A DNA stretch of 64,000 nucleotides from an uncultured delta proteobacterium. GTDB taxonomy: Bacteria; Myxococcota; Myxococcia; Myxococcales; Anaeromyxobacteraceae. Positions 57,314-64,000 of this stretch are shown here, piece after piece. Within the stretch, counting starts at the first letter, position 1; every line of letters begins with the position of its first letter. The DNA is taken from assembly GCA_963766715.1 (NCBI GenBank), contig CAVYBH010000008.1:704001-768000 (forward strand), given 5' to 3'. The translations under genes and the position numbers were made by a program. The notes below the pieces were generated by a model. It worked only from the letters and a program-made list of their open reading frames with translations. It ran no database searches and was not told the origin of the DNA.

Positions 57314-57681
57314 TTCCCGTCCATGGCCTCGAGGGCGGCCTTGCCCCCCGGGACGGTGCTCACCCGCATCGCCTCCTGCATGAGGCTCGTGGTGACCTCG
57401 TTCAGGCGCGCCGCGTACTTCTTCTGGAGCTCGGCCTGCTCGGCCGGGGGCGGCGTCTTCACCGTGGCCATCTTCTCCTCGATCTTCTTGCGCCGCTCGG
57501 CCAGGGCCCGCAGCCGGGGAACGGCCGCCTGGGCCGAGGCCTCGTCCTTGACGGTGGCCATCGCCTGCGTGGTCTCGTCCATGGCGGTGATGGTCTGCTT
57601 GACCAGCGACTCGGCGTCGTCGGAGGCGCACCCCGTCGCCAGCAGCGCGACGAGGACGGGAAGGGCGAGGATCTTCTTCAT
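57310..57681 (-). CDS. Helical lipoprotein of unknown function
   Basis: MKKILAL...LATGC lipobox; VKDEASAQAA motif. Confidence 0.7.
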   Translation of the reverse strand: MKKILALPVLVALLATGCASDDAESLVKQTITAMDETTQAMATVKDEASAQAAVPRLRALAERRKKIEEKMATVKTPPPAEQAELQKKYAARLNEVTTSLMQEAMRVSTVPGGKAALEAMDGK

Positions 57682-57735
57682 GGCGGGCTCCGGAGCGGCG
57701 GGTGCGGAGCCGTTCCTATCACGGGAAAAGGGCGT

Positions 57736-58494
57736 TCAGCCAATTTCGCCGAGCAGGAGCGCGCCCTCGCTGGCCACCGCGTCCGGGGCCTCCCAGGTCA
57801 CCATGTGCCCCGCCCCGGGAACCGTGAGCAGCGCGTCGCCGGGGAGGCCGCGCGCGCAGGAAGGCGGCGTACTTCGGCGGCGTGAGCCGGTCCTCCTCGC
57901 CGACCACCAGGCGCGCCGGGGCCCGGACGGCGCCGAGCCGGGCCATCGCGTCGAAGGTGTCACACGCGGTGAAGTCGCCGTGCAGCACCCCGGGCGCGAC
58001 GGCGGCGATCGCTCCGGCGTACGCCTCCCGGAGCCCGGCCGGCGCGGCGGCGCCGAAGGAGACCGCGGCGACGGCGTCCGCCACCTCCCGGGCCCGGGCG
58101 GGGTCGGCCGAGGCCTGGAGGATGGCCGGGGTGATCCGGAGCCGGGCCCCGGTGGCCACGAGGAGCAGTCCGGCCACCCGTTCCGGGGCCTCGAGCGCGA
58201 GCCCGAGCGCGATGGCGCCGCCCATGGAGTGTCCGCCCACCGCGGCCCGCGCGATCCCGAGCGCGTCGAGCAGGCCGACGAGCCTCCGGACGTAGTCCGG
58301 CACGGAGCGCTCGCCAGGGAGCGGGGAGGCCCCGTGGCCCGGGAGGTCCACCGCGACGACGCGGCGGCCGGGGAGGCGTCGCAGCGTCTCCGGCCAGGTG
58401 GCGAGCGTCCCGCCGGCCCCGTGGACGAGGAGGAGCGCCGTCCCGGACGCGTCCGGCGGGGCGTGCTCCTCGAAGGCGATCCCGGCGGCGGTCC

Positions 58495-58504
<10 letters not shown>
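57736..58504 (-). CDS. Alpha/beta-fold hydrolase (frameshift ~57858)
   Basis: VHGAGG, DLPGHG, GHSMGG, GEEDRLTP, GAGHMV..E.P. Confidence 0.9.
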
Positions 58505-59865
<1,361 letters not shown>

Positions 59866-59878
59866 GTCCCGAGGTGTA

Positions 59879-60418
59879 TCACCGGGTCCCCGTCGTCGGC
59901 GATCGCGCCAGGTACTTCAGCTGGACCACCCCGCTCGGGAGCGAACGGCACGACTCGAGGGTCACCGGGCTCCCGGGCAGGTCGCCCTGGAAGAGCCGGA
60001 TCCCGCTGCCCAGCACGACCGGGACGATCGAGATGGTGAGGTCGTCGAGGAGGCCCGCCGCGAGGAAGGCGCCCACCACCGACCCGCCGTCGACGTAGAC
60101 GCGCCGGACCCCGGTGCGCGCGACCTGCGCCACGACCTCGGGCGGGGTTCCAGCCAGGAACTCCTCGCCGTGGCTCGCCGGGACTCGTCGGTGGGTGAGC
60201 ACGAAGCACCGCTTCCCGGCATAGGGCCAGTGCTCGAACCCGAGGACGGTGTCGTAGGTCCTCCGCCCCACCACGATCGCCTCGATCGCATCGAAGAAGG
60301 GCTGGTAGCCGTGGTCCTCGGCCTCGAAGGGGGCGAGCCAGTCGAGGCGGCCGTCTGGGCGGGCGATGAAGCCATCGAGGCTCATGGCCAGGAAGGCGGA
60401 GCAGCGGAGCGGTTCCAC
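59879..60418 (-). CDS. Dihydrofolate reductase / RibD C-terminal family protein
   Basis: [31 protein letters not shown]. Confidence 0.9.
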   Translation of the reverse strand: MEPLRCSAFLAMSLDGFIARPDGRLDWLAPFEAEDHGYQPFFDAIEAIVVGRRTYDTVLGFEHWPYAGKRCFVLTHRRVPASHGEEFLAGTPPEVVAQVARTGVRRVYVDGGSVVGAFLAAGLLDDLTISIVPVVLGSGIRLFQGDLPGSPVTLESCRSLPSGVVQLKYLARSPTTGTR

Positions 60419-60548
60419 GGGTACCCCGGGCGAGAGATCCCTCCCCCATTACCCGGCACGGGGGCCCCGGCACGACCATCCCCGCGCTCCCTCGGTATTT
60501 GCAGGCGGGGGCTTCCAAGCGCTCCTCCGGACGTGGCATTCCATTCCC

Positions 60549-63500
60549 ATGCCCGTCCGCCCGTTCCGCAAGGTCATGGCCGCCAACCGCGGCGAGATCG
60601 CCATCCGCATCTTCCGGGCCTGCACCGAGCTCGGCATCCCCACCGTCGCCATCTACTCGGAGGAGGACCGGCTCTCCCTGCACCGGTACAAGGCCGACGA
60701 GGCCTACCCGGTGGGCAAGGGCAAGAAGCCCATCGACGCCTACCTGGGCGTGGACGAGATCGTGGAGCTCGCCCGGCGCGTCGGCGTCGACGCCATCCAC
60801 CCCGGGTACGGGTTCCTGGCCGAGAACGCCGACTTCGCCGACGCCTGCGAGAAGGCCGGCATCGCCTTCATCGGCCCCACCGGCGACATGATGCGGAGCC
60901 TGGGCGACAAGGTGGCCGGCCGGCGGGCCGCCGTGTCGGCCGGCGTCCCGGTGGTCCCGGGCACGCCCGAGCCCATCCTCCACGACGAGCAGGCCCTCCT
61001 CTTCGCCCGCCAGCACGGCTACCCCATCATCGTGAAGGCCGCCGCCGGCGGGGGCGGGCGCGGCATGCGGGTGGCGCGCAGCCAGAAGGAGCTGCTCGAG
61101 GGGCTGGTCTCGGCCCGCAGCGAGGCCCAGGCCGCCTTCGGGAACCCGGCGGTCTTCCTGGAGCGCTACGTCGAGAATCCCAAGCACCTCGAGGTCCAGG
61201 TGCTGGGCGACGCCCACGGAGGCCTGGTCCACTTCTTCGAGCGCGACTGCTCGGTGCAGCGCCGCCACCAGAAGGTGGTGGAGTTCGCGCCCTCGCTCGC
61301 CCTCTCCGAGGCCCAGCGAGCCGCGCTCTGCGAGGACGCGCTCCGCATCTCGCGGCTCGTCTCCTACCGCAACGCCGGGACCATCGAGTTCCTCCTCGAC
61401 GGCGAGGGGCGCCACTACTTCATCGAGGTGAACCCGCGCATCCAGGTGGAGCACACGGTCACCGAGATGATCACCGGCCGCAACCTGGTGCAGGCCCAGA
61501 TCCTGGTGGCGCAGGGGTACCGCCTCTCCGACCCGGAGATCGGGCTCGCCTCCCAGGCCGACATCCAGATGCGCGGCTTCGCCATCCAGTGCCGCATCAC
61601 CACCGAGGACCCGCAGAACGGCTTCGCCCCCGACTTCGGGACCATCAAGGCCTACCGCACGGCCGGCGGCGCCGGGGTCCGGCTCGACGCCGGCAACGGC
61701 TTCACCGGGGCCCAGATCACCCCCCACTACGATTCCCTGCTCGTGAAGGTCTGCACCTGGGGGCTCACCTTCCAGGAATCGGCGCGCATCATGCACCGCT
61801 CCCTGCAGGAGTTCCGGATCCGCGGGGTGAAGACCAACATCCCCTTCCTGGAGAAGGTGGTCACCCACCCGCTCTTCCTCCAGGGGCGCGCCGACACCTC
61901 CTTCATCGACCGCCACCCGGAGCTGCTCCTCTCCGCCCAGAAGAAGGACCGCGGCTCGAAGCTGCTCTCCTGGATCGGCGAGGTGGTGGTGAACGGCTCG
62001 CCGGGCGTCCAGAAGCCGCTGCGCCCCAGCGAGCTGCGCGAGGCCCCGGTCCCCCGGGTGGACCTGGCCTCGCCGCCTCCCCCGGGCAGCCGGGACGTGC
62101 TGCTCGCCCGCGGGCCGGAAGGGCTGGCCGCCTGGGCCCGCGAGCGGAAGGGGCTCCTCTTCACCGACACCACCATGCGCGACGCGCACCAGTCGCTGCT
62201 CGCCACGCGCGTCCGCAGCCACGACCTGCTCCGCATCGCCCCGGCCACGGCGCGCCTCGGCGCCGGGCTCTTCAGCCTCGAGCTGTGGGGCGGGGCCACC
62301 TTCGACGTGGCCATGCGCTTCCTCAAGGAGGACCCCTGGACCCGGCTCCACCGGCTCCGCGAGGCCATCCCCAACGTGCTCTTCCAGATGCTGCTGCGGG
62401 GCTCGAACGCGGTGGGCTACACCAACTACCCGGACAACGTGGTGGAGCGCTTCGTCGAGGAGGCCGCCGGCGAGCGGGGTCGACGTCTTCCGGGTCTTCG
62501 ACGCGCTCAACTGGACGAAGGGCATGACGGTGGCCATGGAGGCCGTGCGCCGGAGCGGCAAGGTCTGCGAGGCCGCCATGTGCTACACGGGCGACATCAC
62601 CGACCCGAGGCGGGACAAGTACCCGCTCGCCTACTACGTGTCGCTGGCCCGCGAGCTGGAGCGCATGGGCGCCCATTTCCTCGCCGTGAAGGACATGGCG
62701 GGGCTCATGAAGCCCATGGCGGCCCGCAAGCTCTTCACCGCGCTCAAGGCCGAGGTGGGCCTCCCGGTCCACTTCCACACCCACGACACCTCCGGCGTGG
62801 CCTCGGCCAGCGTGCTCGAGGCCGCCGCGGCGGGCGTGGACGTGGTCGACGCGGCCCTGTCGTCGCTCTCCGGCCTCACCGCCCAGCCCAACCTCAACAG
62901 CCTGGCCGCGGCGCTCGCCGGGACCGAGCGCGATCCCGGCCTCGACCTCCCCGGCCTGCAGCGGCTGGCCGACTACTGGGAGGCGGTGCGGGAGTGGTAC
63001 GCGCCCTTCGAGTCCGGGCTGCGCAGCGGCACCGCCGAGGTCTACTGGCACGAGATCCCGGGCGGCCAGTACTCCAACTTCCGGCCGCAGGTGGCCGGGC
63101 TCGGCCTCCTGGATCGCTGGGAGGAGTGCAAGGAGATGTACCGGAAGGTGAACATCCTCTTCGGGGACATCATCAAGGTGACGCCCACCTCCAAGGTGGT
63201 GGGCGACATGGCCATGTTCATGGTGAAGAACGACCTCCAGCCCGAGGACGTGCTCGCCCGCGGCGAGGACCTGGCCTTCCCCGAGTCGGTGGTGGGCCTC
63301 TTGAAGGGCATGCTGGGCCAGCCCCACGGCGGCTTCCCGAAGCGGCTCCAGGAGGTCGTGCTGAAGGGGCAGGAGCCCATCCACTGCCGTCCCGGCGAGC
63401 TGCTCGAGCCCGCCGACCTGCAGGCCGAGCAGGCGAAGGCCGAGGAGCGCGTGGGCGGGCCGGTGGACGCGAAGGGGCTCGTCAGCTGGCTCCTCTACCC

Positions 63501-63996
63501 GAACGTCTACCCCGAGTTCCGGCGCCACCTCGACGACTACTCCGACACCTCCGTCATCCCCACCCCGACCTTCCTCTACGGCCTCGACCCGGGCCAGGAG
63601 ACCTCGGTGGAGATCGAGCCGGGGAAGACCCTCATCATCAAGCTCAACGCGGTGGGGGGGCTGCAGCCCGACGGCACGCGCAGCGTCTACTTCGAGCTGA
63701 ACGGGGAGGCGCGCGCGGTGACCGTGCGCGACCAGGCCGCCACCACCAGCAAGGCCGCCCGGCCCAAGGCCGATCGGGCGAACCCGAAGCACGTGGGGGC
63801 GCCCATGCCCGGCAAGGTGCTCAAGGTGAACGTGAAGCCCGGCGACGCGATCCGCGGCGGCGACGTGCTGCTCGTCACCGAGGCCATGAAGATGGAGACC
63901 AACGTGAAGCTGAAGGCCGACGCGGTCGTGGCCGAGGTCCACGTGAAGGACGGCGACAAGGTCGAGAAGGACGACCTGGTCGCGGTCCTGGCCTGA
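60549..63996 (+). CDS. pyc: Pyruvate carboxylase (frameshift ~62470)
   Basis: [43 protein letters not shown] biotin site. Confidence 0.96.
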
Positions 63997-64000
63997 CCGC

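Overview
This is a very GC-rich (~70%+ by eye) bacterial chromosomal window. Gene content and style suggest an Anaeromyxobacter-like Myxococcota, which is an inference. About 60 genes can be supported: tatBC, PBP1A, RluC-like, an ECF sigma/DoxX pair, etfBA-MBL-TerC, a PPDK-N-domain protein divergent from gdhA, a ptb-buk / iorAB-3x paaK-ACT-liv ABC aryl/branched-chain acid cluster, a lipase-FadL pair facing two START-like lipoproteins, a YgiB/YgiC-like pair, glgX, prolyl oligopeptidase, Sir2, slyD, SYLF + barrel-only Omp85, TetR, kup, tnaA and pyc. About 20 genes carry single-base frameshifts, most likely long-read consensus errors. I saw no rRNA, tRNA, CRISPR array or mobile element. The best leads are: (1) a degenerate-RecA/KaiC + PPDK-N + His-motif putative kinase sharing a promoter region with gdhA; (2) a perfectly mirrored ECF promoter pair (GTAACC-N15-CATCCAAT) for an anti-sigma-less, Cys-tailed ECF; (3) a putative lipid-scavenging module with a tandem operator; (4) kup with a sigma54 promoter, repeats and an apparent CUG start; (5) pervasive leaderless gene starts. 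All family calls come from motif recognition by eye; no database search was run.
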